A DNA stretch of 64,000 nt from Chloroflexota bacterium (GCA_030550625.1 JAUQOZ010000052.1:8745-72744); one strand, 5' to 3'; shown: positions 30,009 to 40,160, numbered from the stretch's first letter. Translations and numbers: made by a program. The notes: generated by a model from the letters alone, not told the origin.

Positions 30009-30809
30009 ATGAGTGGTGTCACATTTTTCCTCTTGGCCTGTTTGGCGGTGTTGGCGTTTATCGCATTGATGATCTTGCTCTCAGCGATCAAGATTGTGCC
30101 AGAATACGAGCGGGGTGTGATCTTCCGGTTAGGCCGGTTGATGGGGCCGCGCGGGCCGGGCATCTTTTTCGTGATCCCAGTCTTTGAGCGCATGGTGCGG
30201 GTTGATATGCGCGTGATTACGATGGATGTGCCGGTGCAAGAGGTGATCACGCTCGATAACGTGACGATCAAGGTCAACGCGGTGCTCTACTTCCAAGTGA
30301 TCAATCCCAACTGGGCCGTGACCAAGGTGATGGATTACATCCGGGCCACGATGCAGATCGCGCAGACGACGTTGCGGAGCGTGGTGGGCCAAGTCGAACT
30401 CGATGAGCTGTTAGCGCAGCGCGAGAAGATTAATCAAAAGCTGCAACAGATTATCGATGAACAGACTGAGCCGTGGGGGATCAAGGTGACGATCGTAGAA
30501 GTGAAAGATGTCGAGCTGCCGCAGAACATGCAACGGGCAATGGCCCGCCAAGCCGAAGCCGAGCGCGAAAAGCGGGCCAAGCTCATCCACGCCGATGGTG
30601 AGTTGCAAGCGTCGCGCACGTTAGCCGAAGCCGCAAAGGTGCTGGCCAGCGAGCCGGTAACGTTGCAATTACGCTATCTGCAAACCTTGACCGAAATCGC
30701 TACCGAGAAGAACAGCACGATTATTTTCCCGTTGCCGATTGACACCCTCAAGGCGTTTATGACACCCAGCAATCCGGTCAACAACGACGTGCGCCATTCG
30801 GCGGATTAA
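30009..30809 (+). CDS. SPFH/band 7 stomatin-like protein
   Basis: [44 protein letters not shown]. Confidence 0.96.
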   Translation: MSGVTFFLLACLAVLAFIALMILLSAIKIVPEYERGVIFRLGRLMGPRGPGIFFVIPVFERMVRVDMRVITMDVPVQEVITLDNVTIKVNAVLYFQVINPNWAVTKVMDYIRATMQIAQTTLRSVVGQVELDELLAQREKINQKLQQIIDEQTEPWGIKVTIVEVKDVELPQNMQRAMARQAEAEREKRAKLIHADGELQASRTLAEAAKVLASEPVTLQLRYLQTLTEIATEKNSTIIFPLPIDTLKAFMTPSNPVNNDVRHSAD

Positions 30810-30835
30810 GCGGGACGGTACTGGTATCGTCCCGC

Positions 30836-31729
30836 CTACCGCCGGGCAATGACCACGATGCTGGCAATCAACAGGGCAGCGCCAACCATGCCGGTGGCGG
30901 TAAATCGTTCGCCGAGCAACAGAATGGCTAACAGTGCTGAGCCAAGCGGTTCGAGCAGCGTGATCGTGGCGGCTGTCGTGGCGCGCACGCTGCGCATCCC
31001 GCGCACATAGAGCGCGTAGGCCAAGGCCGTCGGCACAATGCTGAGATAGATCAACACCAACCAGCCCAATGGCGGATAATCGATGACCAAGCCGGTGGTG
31101 AGGGCGGCGGGTAAGAGCAAAAGCGCGCCTAGCGCAAACGATAACGCCACCGGCACCACCGGATGGTAATTGGCGGCGATCAGGCGCGCGCCAAGCACGA
31201 CCAGACTGTACGAGAATCCGGCGGTTAGCGCCAGTGCCGCGCCGATCAACAAATCAGCGGTTGACTGTACTTGTGGCGCGCCGCCGACCAGCAACCCCGC
31301 GCCGAACACAGCGCCGCCAACCGCCAGCCACGTGCTCGGTCGCAGCCGCTCGCCGAGAAAGACGCGCGCTAACAAAGCGGTAAAGATCGGCGCGCTACAG
31401 ATGTTGATCAAGACTGCCGCCGCCACGCCGAGGTAGGGAATCGCGGCAAAGTAGGCAACTTGATACCCGGCAAACGCGCCCCCGATCAGGGCTAGCGTCC
31501 AGTGATGGCGTGGTTGGATGCGAAACGCTTGCGGGCCGGCGAGCAGGCGGGCAGTGATGAGCAATACCGGCGCTGAGAGCAGCAGCCGCAAGAAGCCAAT
31601 CGAGAGCGAGTTCGTATCAGCGACGCGGTAGAGCCAGCCTACCGCAACCCCAATCGTTCCCCACGTCAGCGCAGCGATGACGACCATTGCCACATCAAAG
31701 GGTCGTTGCGCTTCATCAAGGCGATGCAT
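30836..31729 (-). CDS. EamA/DMT family transporter
   Basis: 10 TM segments in two EamA repeats; LARVFLGERL, LEPL..ALLAILLLGE. Confidence 0.92.
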   Translation of the reverse strand: MHRLDEAQRPFDVAMVVIAALTWGTIGVAVGWLYRVADTNSLSIGFLRLLLSAPVLLITARLLAGPQAFRIQPRHHWTLALIGGAFAGYQVAYFAAIPYLGVAAAVLINICSAPIFTALLARVFLGERLRPSTWLAVGGAVFGAGLLVGGAPQVQSTADLLIGAALALTAGFSYSLVVLGARLIAANYHPVVPVALSFALGALLLLPAALTTGLVIDYPPLGWLVLIYLSIVPTALAYALYVRGMRSVRATTAATITLLEPLGSALLAILLLGERFTATGMVGAALLIASIVVIARR

Positions 31730-31771
31730 AGCGGTAACGTTCTTTCGTCAGCACAGCGAAACACAAATCAA

Positions 31772-31798
31772 CCGCCCCCGTGAAGCTCACGGGGGCGG
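31772..31798 (-). terminator. Intrinsic terminator-like hairpin after the sigma factor gene
   Basis: ccgcccccgtga-agc-tcacgggggcgg, 12-bp stem followed by a T-rich run on the minus strand. Confidence 0.65.
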
Positions 31799-31819
31799 CT
31801 ATACTAGACGCAGACCTGC

Positions 31820-32998
31820 TTAATCGAGATAGCCGCGCAATTTCTTGCCGAGGTGCGGGTGGCGGAGCTTGCGCAACGCGACCGCCTCGATTTGGCGAAT
31901 GCGCTCACGGGTGATGCCAAACTCGATCCCCACCTCTTCGAGGGTGCGGTAGCGGCCATCCTTGAGACCGTAGCGCAATTGGATAATCTTGCGCTCGCGT
32001 TCAGGCAGCTTCATCAGCACCTCTTCAAGCTGTTCGCGCAGCAAGGAGGCTGCCGCCGCTTCAGCCGGAGTCGAGATGCGATCGTCTTCGATAAAATCAC
32101 CCATGCGGCCTTCGCCCTCTTGGCCGACCGGCATCTCAAGCGAGAGCGGGTGCATGCTGGCTTCGAGCGTGCGGCGCACCTTACCCGCCGAAATGCCCAT
32201 GGCATCGGCAATCTCTTCCGGGGTCGGCTCGCGCTGCATCGTCTGCTGGAGGCGATGCGAAGTCCGCTTGACTTGGCTGATAGCCTCTCCCATATGTACT
32301 GGCAAGCGGATGGTGCGGCTCTGATCGGCGATAGCGCGGGTAATTGCCTGCCGGATCCACCACGTCGCGTAGGTACTGAACTTGTGGCCCTTCTTGTAAT
32401 CAAACTTCTCAACTGCCCGCATCAAACCAATATTGCCCTCTTGCACCAGATCCATCATTGTCAAGCCATACGAGGTATATTTCTTGGCAATACTCACCAC
32501 CAGTCGCAAATTGGCCTGAATCAAGTGATGGCGGGCATCTTGCCCTTGCTGAACGGCGCGCTCCAATTCAAAACGTTCGCGGGCAGAAGCATACTCTTCG
32601 CGATCGAGCCGTTGGCGAGCCGCAGCGCCGGCCTCCATCGCTTTGGCTAATTCAACCTCTTGCTCGGCGGTCAGGAGCGGCACTTGCCCAATCTCTTGCA
32701 AATACATTCGCACTGGGTCATCAAAGGCAATATCACCGAGATCGGGCAATTCGGCAATGAATTCATGCTCGACATCTGGTTCAAAATCAGTCGGCCCTTC
32801 AAGCTCATCTGTTGACTCGATGACTTTGATCCCCTCGGCTTGCAGCATTGCATAGAGCTGATCAATCTCGGCAATGTCGTGCTCAGGGTGGGGAAAGGTG
32901 GCAAGAATGTCGGCGTGGGTAATATACCCGCGCACCCGTGCTGCGGCGAGCAGTTGCTCGATCATCGCCTCTGACTCCGGTGTAGCTTTGCTCAACAT
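31820..32998 (-). CDS. RNA polymerase sigma-70 factor, RpoD/SigA family
   Basis: Region 1.1-like N-terminus; [52 protein letters not shown]. Confidence 0.96.
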   Translation of the reverse strand: MLSKATPESEAMIEQLLAAARVRGYITHADILATFPHPEHDIAEIDQLYAMLQAEGIKVIESTDELEGPTDFEPDVEHEFIAELPDLGDIAFDDPVRMYLQEIGQVPLLTAEQEVELAKAMEAGAAARQRLDREEYASARERFELERAVQQGQDARHHLIQANLRLVVSIAKKYTSYGLTMMDLVQEGNIGLMRAVEKFDYKKGHKFSTYATWWIRQAITRAIADQSRTIRLPVHMGEAISQVKRTSHRLQQTMQREPTPEEIADAMGISAGKVRRTLEASMHPLSLEMPVGQEGEGRMGDFIEDDRISTPAEAAAASLLREQLEEVLMKLPERERKIIQLRYGLKDGRYRTLEEVGIEFGITRERIRQIEAVALRKLRHPHLGKKLRGYLD

Positions 32999-33270
32999 CG
33001 TTCAACCAGTGCTCGGTTGATGGCGTCAGGCCGGTATGACACCATCACTAGGCCGTCGTGGCGACGGCGGGCTGCTGCAATTGTCTGGCTTCACTAGCCA
33101 CAGGAAAACTGAAAGGCCTCAGCGACCTGTCTGAAACGCCGGGCCTTACACGTCGCGCTCTCCGTTATGCTTTGGCAAAGAGATGGGGTTGAGAGAATGC
33201 CCTCAAACCCCAAGCTGTCATTGCGATGGAGGGACGCAGACGTGGCACCCCATTAGACGTAACTAGAGGT

Positions 33271-33300
33271 ACTATAGCACTTTTTGCGCGCTGGAGTCAA
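33271..33300 (-). promoter_or_regulatory. Putative sigma70 promoter of the sigma factor gene
   Basis: Minus strand reads TTGACT-18 nt-TATAGT with an extended-10 TG, implying a leader of about 265 nt. Confidence 0.55.
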
Positions 33301-34151
33301 CCCCTTCTTTGGTCTGATTCGGCGGGAGAATCGGGCAAATAGGCGCTAATTTTGGCAAGCAAAAAATTGCGAATATCGTTGCGCAAGTAGCAGAAGGCGC
33401 GGATGCTGAGACCACTTGGCTCGACCACCAATTCAATCGGTCGAATGCGCCGTTCGGCCGGTTGGGGGCTGCTGTTTGAGGTGTAGATAATGCGCAAGGT
33501 GCTGCCGCTAGCCAGCGCTGCGGCCAGTGGCGGCGGCGCTTCCGGTTCGGGCTGGCCGGGCAGGAGGCCGCGGGCAAAGCGGAGCGCATCACCAAGGGTG
33601 GTGACGCCATAGGCGGCCATCTTGGCGACGAGCTGATCGAAGAGGGCGTTAAGCGTCAACACATCGTCCATTGCCCGGTGGGTCGGCGTGGGCAGGCCAA
33701 AGGCATTGGCCAACGCGCCAAGGCTGAGCGAACCGCGCCGAATGCCGAGCCGGCGCGCCAGCTCGAGCGTGTCAAGCGCCGGGCCGGCAAGTGGCGGATA
33801 GCCGGCCCGCGCCAGTTCCATATTGAGAAAGGTCTCGTCGAACGGCAGGTTATGCGCCACGCGCACCGCATCCCGGCTAAGCTGCACCACGCGACTGGCA
33901 ATATCGGCAAACCGCGGCGCAATGCGCAAATCTTCAGCGCGTAGACCGTTGATCTGCGCCGCTTGCGGATCGAGATCGCGCTCTGGGTTGAGTAAGGTCT
34001 CGATCCTCCCGATTTCGACGCCACCCTCGCGGCGCAGCATTGCTAATTCGCAAACGCGATGGCCGTCACGGATGTCGAGGCCGGTCGTTTCGACATCGAA
34101 AAAGAGCAGCGGCAGCTCAGTTAGTGGTTGTTGGAGATCAAGCGTGCTCAT
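33297..34151 (-). CDS. DEDDh 3'-5' exonuclease (DnaQ-like) fused to a C-terminal WYL domain
   Basis: ExoI FFDVETTG, ExoII AHNLPFD, ExoIII HRAMDD; C-terminus LRIIYT...ERRIRP...AFCYLRNDIRNFLLAKI is WYL-like. Confidence 0.85.
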   Translation of the reverse strand: MSTLDLQQPLTELPLLFFDVETTGLDIRDGHRVCELAMLRREGGVEIGRIETLLNPERDLDPQAAQINGLRAEDLRIAPRFADIASRVVQLSRDAVRVAHNLPFDETFLNMELARAGYPPLAGPALDTLELARRLGIRRGSLSLGALANAFGLPTPTHRAMDDVLTLNALFDQLVAKMAAYGVTTLGDALRFARGLLPGQPEPEAPPPLAAALASGSTLRIIYTSNSSPQPAERRIRPIELVVEPSGLSIRAFCYLRNDIRNFLLAKISAYLPDSPAESDQRRG

Positions 34152-35383
34152 TGTGCAACCGGCACTTGCTGGGCGACATCATCAGGAATACCGAGCAGAT
34201 TCGCTTGCACCCAACCCTCTTGGTCGCGAACGTTCAGAACCCGGTACCACGTTCCGTCGGCGGTGCGCTCCAGCAGCTCAACCACTTCGTCCCGTTCGAC
34301 CCGATCGATCTGGGCGCTGGCCGGATCAGCGGCAAGATAGACCGGGCCGCTGACAAAGACGCTCACCACATTTGCCACCGGTGTTTCGGCGGCGATCAGA
34401 TCGGTGACTGCGATCAAGGTGGCGCTCACCCAGCCAATTTCGTCGCGGACGGTGCGTACATAATACCAGCGCGCGTTGGGGGTGCGGGCAAGGATCTGCA
34501 CTTGTTCGCCGGCATTGATCCCCCCAATGACGTTATTGATGCCGGGGAAGGGCAGCTTGCGCACATTGCCGCCGTTCGTGACCGCCACTGGCTGGCCGGT
34601 AGGCAACGCCGGCGTTGGGGTGGCGGTAGGTGTTGGCGGCGGGGTGGGGGTGATTTGACCAACCGGGGCCGGCGTGGTGGTCGGAGTAACCGTTGGCGCT
34701 GCGGCGACTTCACCGTAAAATGCCGCTGCAAAGCGTTCGGGAATAGCCAGCTCGGCCTCAGCGCTGACGCTGCCGTCAGCGGTGCTGACGGCCACAGTAT
34801 AACGGGGGCCGGCTGGCGTGGCGTCACCATCGGCCAGCTTCGTTGCGCGCAGATCGCCGCGGTTACTCCGAAGGCGAATCGTCTGAGCCGGATCAATCCA
34901 GCGCAGTGGTTGACCGTCGGCGCGCAATTCCACTTGTAGCTCGGTCTCATCGGCAAGGCCGGTGCTGCGCACCCGCACATTGATCGTCGGCGGCTCGGCT
35001 CGCACGACAGTGGCATCTTCGATCGTGAGCGTGATCGGCACTGGCGAAGGGGTAGGTGTCGGTGGCGGTTCAGCAGTGCGATCATTGTTGAGGCTCAGTA
35101 CGAGTACGCCAATTCCCAAACAAAGTAAGATTGGAATGAGCACGAAGAGAATCTTTGCCGCTAACGAAAGATTGCGCAGCCGATCTTGCCAACTCTGCGG
35201 TTCTTCAAGCGGTACAGCAGTATAGTCGATGGTGGTTGCTGGTGGAATCTCAGGAATCGGTGGCGCCTGATTAGCAGCACGCCGCCGGCGAATAAGCACC
35301 ACTACCAGCAGGATAATGATGAGACCGAAAACGATGAGACCAATCGCTAAGGGTGGCGATATCTGATTGAGTGTTGTTTGCAT
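34148..35383 (-). CDS. Membrane-anchored protein with two C-terminal SH3b-like domains
   Basis: Two N-terminal TM segments, PTPT linkers, GGNVRKLP...WYYVRT..GWVSATL and WYRVL...GWVQANL; ATGA overlap with the exonuclease gene. Confidence 0.75.
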   Translation of the reverse strand: MQTTLNQISPPLAIGLIVFGLIIILLVVVLIRRRRAANQAPPIPEIPPATTIDYTAVPLEEPQSWQDRLRNLSLAAKILFVLIPILLCLGIGVLVLSLNNDRTAEPPPTPTPSPVPITLTIEDATVVRAEPPTINVRVRSTGLADETELQVELRADGQPLRWIDPAQTIRLRSNRGDLRATKLADGDATPAGPRYTVAVSTADGSVSAEAELAIPERFAAAFYGEVAAAPTVTPTTTPAPVGQITPTPPPTPTATPTPALPTGQPVAVTNGGNVRKLPFPGINNVIGGINAGEQVQILARTPNARWYYVRTVRDEIGWVSATLIAVTDLIAAETPVANVVSVFVSGPVYLAADPASAQIDRVERDEVVELLERTADGTWYRVLNVRDQEGWVQANLLGIPDDVAQQVPVAQ

Positions 35384-35715
35384 GAGCAACCTCAGTCACA
35401 ACGGCTTCAGATGCCTATGATATGCGAATCTGTCGCTATCTGCAACTATCGGCTGTGTTATACTACATCTTGCTACGCTTGATAAGCGCGGAGTTCACAT
35501 GAATCGCAGTTTGGCAAGCAATCCGGTTCGATGCGCTTTTCGACCGATCCACTGGCCCGGTCTACGCCTCAATGCCCGTGGTTTTATGGCGGGCTAACCG
35601 CCATTTCTCCTCATTAGAATCTCAATTGTGGTACTTGGGTGTGGGTGGTTCTGCTCGATCGCAGGTTGTTGCGCCAGAGAACTGTTCAGTTTGAGGCTTA
35701 TTTTGAGGTGCGATT

Positions 35716-37518
35716 ATGCCTGAGCATATTTTAGTTGCAGTGGCGTGGCCATACGCCAATGGGCCGCGCCATATCGGTCACGTGGCCGGTTTTGGCGTGC
35801 CGGCTGATATTTTTGCCCGTTATCACCGGTTGCGGGGTAATCGCGTGCTGATGATTTCGGGCACTGATGAGCATGGCACGCCGATCACGCTGGTGGCCGA
35901 TAAAGAGGGGACAACGCCGCAAGCGATCGCTGATCGCTACAACAAGATTATCGGCGATGACTTGTACAATCTAGGGCTTAGCTACGACACCTTTACCCGC
36001 ACCACCACGGCGAACCATTATGCGGTGACGCAAGATATCTTCCGCACCCTCTACGAACGCGGCTACATCATTCGCCAAGAGACGTTGGGCGCGTTCTCGG
36101 CGACGACCGGTCGCACGTTGCCGGATCGCTACATCGAGGGTACCTGCCCGATCTGCGGCTACGATGAAGCGCGCGGTGATCAGTGCGATAATTGCGGCAG
36201 CCAGCTTGATCCGACCGACTTGATCAACCCGCGCTCGAAGGTTGATGGCCAGCCGCCGGTGTTCAAGCCGACCGAGCATTTCTTCCTCGACCTGCCGGCC
36301 TTTGCCGAGCAGTTGCGCACGTGGATCGACCAGCAAGGTCACTGGCGGCCCAACGTGCGCAACTTCTCGCTCAACTTCCTCAAAGACCTCAAGCCGCGCG
36401 CGATCACCCGCGATCTAGAATGGGGCGTGCCAATCCCGTTGCCTGAATACGCCAACCGCGACGACAAAAAGATTTACGTCTGGTTCGATGCCGTCATTGG
36501 CTATCTCTCGGCTAGCATCGAGTGGGCAATCAACCGCGGCGAGCCGGATGCGTGGCGGGAATGGTGGCAAAACCCGGATTCGCGCCATTTCTACTTTATG
36601 GGCAAAGACAACATCGTCTTTCACACCGTGATCTGGCCGGCGATGCTGCTTGGTTATGGCGCGGGCGGCCAATACGGCGCCAATCCGGGCGGAAAGTACG
36701 ATGGCATTCCGTTACAACTGCCCTACAACGTCGTCTCGAGCGAATTTCTGACCATGGAGGGCAAGAAGTTTTCGAGTTCGCGCGGGATTGTGATCTACGT
36801 CAACGATTTTCTCAGCCGCTACGACGCCGATGCGCTGCGCTACTTCCTGACCATCGCCGGGCCGGAAAATCAAGATACCGACTTCACGTGGGCCGAGTTC
36901 GTGCGGCGCAACAACGACGAATTGGTGGCGACGTGGGGCAATCTGGTCAACCGCACGCTCAGCAACGTCTACAAGAACTTTGGCAGCGTGCCGCAACCCG
37001 GCCCGCTGACTGCGGCTGATGAGCAGGTGTTGGCTGAAGTGACCGGCGGGATCGCGACGGTGGGCGAATTGCTGGCAGGGGCGCGGTTTAAGGCTGCATT
37101 GAGCGAAGCGATGCGGCTGGCGGCCCAAGTCAATATCTACCTGAGCGAGCAAGAGCCGTGGAAGGTGATCAAGAGCGATCGCGAGCGCGCGGCCACGATC
37201 TGGTACGTCGCGTTGCGTTGTGTTGATACGCTCAAGATCATCTTTACCCCCTTCTTGCCCTTCTCAAGCCAGCGCCTGCACGAGTACTTGGGCTATGACG
37301 GCTATATCGCTGGGCCGCTCCGCTTCCAAGATGTCACCGAGGCCGATGGCCGCACCCACCGCGTGCTCACCGGCGACTACGACCAGTGGGTCGGGCGGTG
37401 GGAACCGTCGGCCTTGCCGGTGGGGCAGGCCTTGCGCCAGCCGCAACCGCTCTTCAAGAAGCTGGATGAAGCAGTGGTCGAAGAGGAATTGGCGCGCATG
37501 CAAAGCCGGGCGAAGTGA
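35716..37518 (+). CDS. metG: Methionine--tRNA ligase
   Basis: [13 protein letters not shown] (HIGH), zinc knuckle CPICG...CDNCG, YVWFDA, KFSSS (KMSKS-like). Confidence 0.98.
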   Translation: MPEHILVAVAWPYANGPRHIGHVAGFGVPADIFARYHRLRGNRVLMISGTDEHGTPITLVADKEGTTPQAIADRYNKIIGDDLYNLGLSYDTFTRTTTANHYAVTQDIFRTLYERGYIIRQETLGAFSATTGRTLPDRYIEGTCPICGYDEARGDQCDNCGSQLDPTDLINPRSKVDGQPPVFKPTEHFFLDLPAFAEQLRTWIDQQGHWRPNVRNFSLNFLKDLKPRAITRDLEWGVPIPLPEYANRDDKKIYVWFDAVIGYLSASIEWAINRGEPDAWREWWQNPDSRHFYFMGKDNIVFHTVIWPAMLLGYGAGGQYGANPGGKYDGIPLQLPYNVVSSEFLTMEGKKFSSSRGIVIYVNDFLSRYDADALRYFLTIAGPENQDTDFTWAEFVRRNNDELVATWGNLVNRTLSNVYKNFGSVPQPGPLTAADEQVLAEVTGGIATVGELLAGARFKAALSEAMRLAAQVNIYLSEQEPWKVIKSDRERAATIWYVALRCVDTLKIIFTPFLPFSSQRLHEYLGYDGYIAGPLRFQDVTEADGRTHRVLTGDYDQWVGRWEPSALPVGQALRQPQPLFKKLDEAVVEEELARMQSRAK

Positions 37519-37529
37519 TGGCACGAGGA

Positions 37530-37556
37530 AAGGGGCCTTGCTGTGCAAGGCCCCTT
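37530..37556. terminator. Hairpin between convergent metG and doxX-like genes
   Basis: aaggggccttgc-tgt-gcaaggcccctt, 12-bp stem. Confidence 0.6.
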
Positions 37557-37573
37557 CCTGCGTCACCGTTCTG

Positions 37574-38161
37574 TCACGCCGCCGCTGATGCCGGTCGGGC
37601 CGGCTTGTTGCGACCCCACGGCGTGCCGAGCAGCGGTAGCAGGTAGTAATCTAGTCCGTAGTAACCGGCTACCTTCCATCCTAGCATCAGAATGATAGCG
37701 AGGGTGAACATCACCGGGTTGGTGCTAGCCGTGCCAGCCAGCATAAAGTTGAAGTTCATCAACGCCCCAAAGAAGGCCGAGAATCCAACCAGACCGCCGA
37801 CAATCAGGCCGATGCCGACCAGAATCTCGCCGTAGACGATTAGCTTAGCAAACCACGTGTGCGATTCGGTGTCGATCAAGAATTGGATGAACGAGCGGTA
37901 CCAGTCATAAGCGATCGGCGGGCGTCCGGTTTCCGGGATCACGACCGCATTCTTCCAGAACCCCAAAATCGCTGCGCCGCTCTCCATCCACGCCGGATTG
38001 TTCAATTTGCCCCAACCCGATGTCAGCCACGAATAGCCGAGGAAGAGCCGGATGATCAGGAACAACCATGCAAACTTGGTGCTGCTGAAGAGAGCTTGAA
38101 CGAAGGGCGGATCAGGGAATTGGACTTCGCCGCGCTCGTTGACAGGGGTTTTCGGTAGCAT
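37574..38161 (-). CDS. DoxX family membrane protein (TQO small subunit DoxD-like)
   Basis: IIRLFLGYSWLTSGWGK, WYRSF, GEILVGIGLIVG, MNFNFMLAG.STNP; start after an AGGAGG RBS. Confidence 0.85.
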   Translation of the reverse strand: MLPKTPVNERGEVQFPDPPFVQALFSSTKFAWLFLIIRLFLGYSWLTSGWGKLNNPAWMESGAAILGFWKNAVVIPETGRPPIAYDWYRSFIQFLIDTESHTWFAKLIVYGEILVGIGLIVGGLVGFSAFFGALMNFNFMLAGTASTNPVMFTLAIILMLGWKVAGYYGLDYYLLPLLGTPWGRNKPARPASAAA

Positions 38162-38468
38162 TGCTGGCCTCCTTGCCATCTTGTTTGTGAATGATTTCTT
38201 GTGATCATCATAGCAAAAAACAGCAACTTTTGACTAAACAAACGATAACGGTGAGTTAAGGAATAGTTGTTGAGAACGCGATGGCCGTAAGCTCGATCTA
38301 CACTGGCGCTGTAGCGACGTGTTTCGGGGCAGGATGGAAAGCATGAGTACGCTGTGAAACGCACATGGCGAGCATGTTGGGCTACGGCGACAGGGATGAA
38401 GACGGGACAGCGAGGTCATGCCAAGCTAGCTTGTATAACAATCTTGAATTTTGTAAGCATACAAATAT

Positions 38469-38525
38469 ATGAATTAATTCATTTATCTAATATTAGATAA
38501 ATTTCTTTATCAAAACAGTGTTTTG
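38469..38525. promoter_or_regulatory. AT-rich divergent promoter region with stacked operator-like palindromes
   Basis: atgaattaattcat (38469-38482), perfect 22-bp atttatctaatattagataaat (38481-38502), caaaac-agt-gttttg (38511-38525). Confidence 0.5.
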
Positions 38526-38603
38526 TTTTAAATTAAATAGGGTATAATACGGCCTGCCGGTCACTGGTTTTCGCTTGAGCTGCAACCCTACTGGAGGCTA
38601 GGC

Positions 38604-39611
38604 ATGAGGTCGCGTTGGGGGCGCCTGTTCGCGATGGCGATGATGGCAACGTTGTTGGCAGCGCTGATGCCAGCAGCACCTGCGCAGGCGCAGAACCAGA
38701 TTTGTTTCAATGAAGTGCCGGATTGCATCGAGGGCCGGTTTGCCGAATATTGGCAGCAGAATGGCGGCTTGCCGGTGTTTGGCTTCCCGATTACTCCCGC
38801 CTTCGAGCAGGAGGTGGAAGGCACAGTGCGGCTGGTGCAAATCTTCGAGCGCAACCGCTTCGAGCTGCACCCAGAGAATGCGCGTCCTTATGATGTGTTG
38901 TTGGGCCGGCTGAGTGATGAGCTGTTGCAACTGCGCGGCACGCCGTGGCAGGAGGAGCCGAAAGCGCCAACGACACAGCGGGCCGGCTGCCGTTACTTTG
39001 CCCAGACCCAGCATCTTGTGTGCGATGCCTTCTTGCGCTATTGGCAGTCGCACGGCTTGGAATTCGACGGCAAGCGCGGCTTTAGCGAGGCTGAGAGCTT
39101 GGCGCTGTTCGGCTTGCCGTTGACCGAAGCGCGGGTCGAGACCAACTCGTCAGGTGACACCGTGCTGACGCAGTGGTTCGAGCGGGCGCGTTTCGAGCTG
39201 CATACCAATCTTGGGCCGGATGTGGTGCTGTTGGGCTTGCTCGGTCGCGAGGCGTTTGCGCCGCAACCGGCGCCGCAGCCTACCCCACCGCCGGCTGATC
39301 CATGCGCCGACATTCCACCACCAGTAAACGCTGCCATTGATCCAGCTTGTATTCGGGGGAACGACACGGTCGTTGTCACTGTGCTAGGGTATGGCTTTAC
39401 CCCCGGTGAACGGCTTGGCGCCTACTTTACTTTGATGGCGACCGGCGAGGTAGTAGGGGTGCAAATTATCGGCAGCGATGTGGCTCAGCCTGATGGTACA
39501 TTCCTTGCAACATTTCAGTTGCGCCCTGAAGTGCCGCTGGGCCTCTATGCGCTGACGATTGAAGGGGTGCAATCTGGTAACAAGGCGATTGTCTACTTTA
39601 AGAAGGTATAA
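38604..39611 (+). CDS. Secreted protein with two copies of the Chloroflexi surface repeat domain
   Basis: Signal peptide ending PAQA; YWQQNGGLPVFGFPIT...QIFERNRFELHPE and YFAQTQH...FGLPLT...QWFERARFELH. Confidence 0.8.
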   Translation: MRSRWGRLFAMAMMATLLAALMPAAPAQAQNQICFNEVPDCIEGRFAEYWQQNGGLPVFGFPITPAFEQEVEGTVRLVQIFERNRFELHPENARPYDVLLGRLSDELLQLRGTPWQEEPKAPTTQRAGCRYFAQTQHLVCDAFLRYWQSHGLEFDGKRGFSEAESLALFGLPLTEARVETNSSGDTVLTQWFERARFELHTNLGPDVVLLGLLGREAFAPQPAPQPTPPPADPCADIPPPVNAAIDPACIRGNDTVVVTVLGYGFTPGERLGAYFTLMATGEVVGVQIIGSDVAQPDGTFLATFQLRPEVPLGLYALTIEGVQSGNKAIVYFKKV

Positions 39612-39633
39612 CGACCGCCATTGAGGCGTCGAA

Positions 39634-39662
39634 CCCCCGCGCACCGTCACAGCGCGCGGGGG
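39634..39662. terminator. Hairpin between convergent genes
   Basis: cccccgcgc ... gcgcggggg, 9-bp stem. Confidence 0.45.
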
Positions 39663-39667
39663 ATTGT

Positions 39668-40096
39668 TTACGCAACTGCATTGCGTTGCTGTAACCATGC
39701 GCGAATATAGGCGACGAATTGCTGTAAATCATCGAGATTTTGATCCACTTCATCCCAATCAATTAATAAATATTCGTGGATTAAAATGTTGCGAAAGCTG
39801 GCAATCGGCGCCAATTGGATAGCAAAATCGGGGGGAAGGACACCAAGCTCACCCATCCTCAGAATCGCATCACGGTAATCACGCGGTTTACGCGCTCCTT
39901 CAAGCGCTATGATCCGCTGGCAGATGTCAAGGCAATATCGCGCAGCCACTTCGAGATGACGCTCAGCAATGTCACGCAGATCCGGATCGCAGTCAACATC
40001 TGAACGTGGCCGTTCACAGCGTGGAGTCAAGCGCGCCAAGCGTTTGTTGGGTTCGTCTCAACGCCGCTCGATACCGCTGAATGCGACGCTCATCAT
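39668..40096 (-). pseudogene. HepT/DUF86-like HEPN ribonuclease, interrupted by an in-frame TGA
   Basis: ATG at 40096 after GGAG gives MMSVAFSGIERR*DEPNKRLARL...DLRDIAERHLEVAA...FRNILIHEY (HEPN R-x4-H). The stop is at 40058-40060. Confidence 0.75.
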
Positions 40097-40160
40097 TGGC
40101 TCCATCCTTCATTTCATCAGGTACGATGGTTGTACCACGCCGGTAAAAGTTATAAGTCGA

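Noticed and set aside
35630-35665. T-box riboswitch call upstream of metG
   Set aside because: Only a partial GGGTGG match; no clear ACCGCG, specifier loop or terminator. Kept as an unassigned leader.
38184-38201. Rex operator upstream of the doxX-like gene (ttgtgaa-tgat-ttcttgt)
   Set aside because: The left half matches TTGTGAA but the right half matches TTCACAA at only 3 of 7 positions.
40058-40060. Selenocysteine or programmed readthrough of the TGA in the HEPN gene
   Set aside because: The position is not a catalytic Cys site, no SECIS-like hairpin is evident, and the surrounding codons look degraded; a pseudogene is the simpler explanation.
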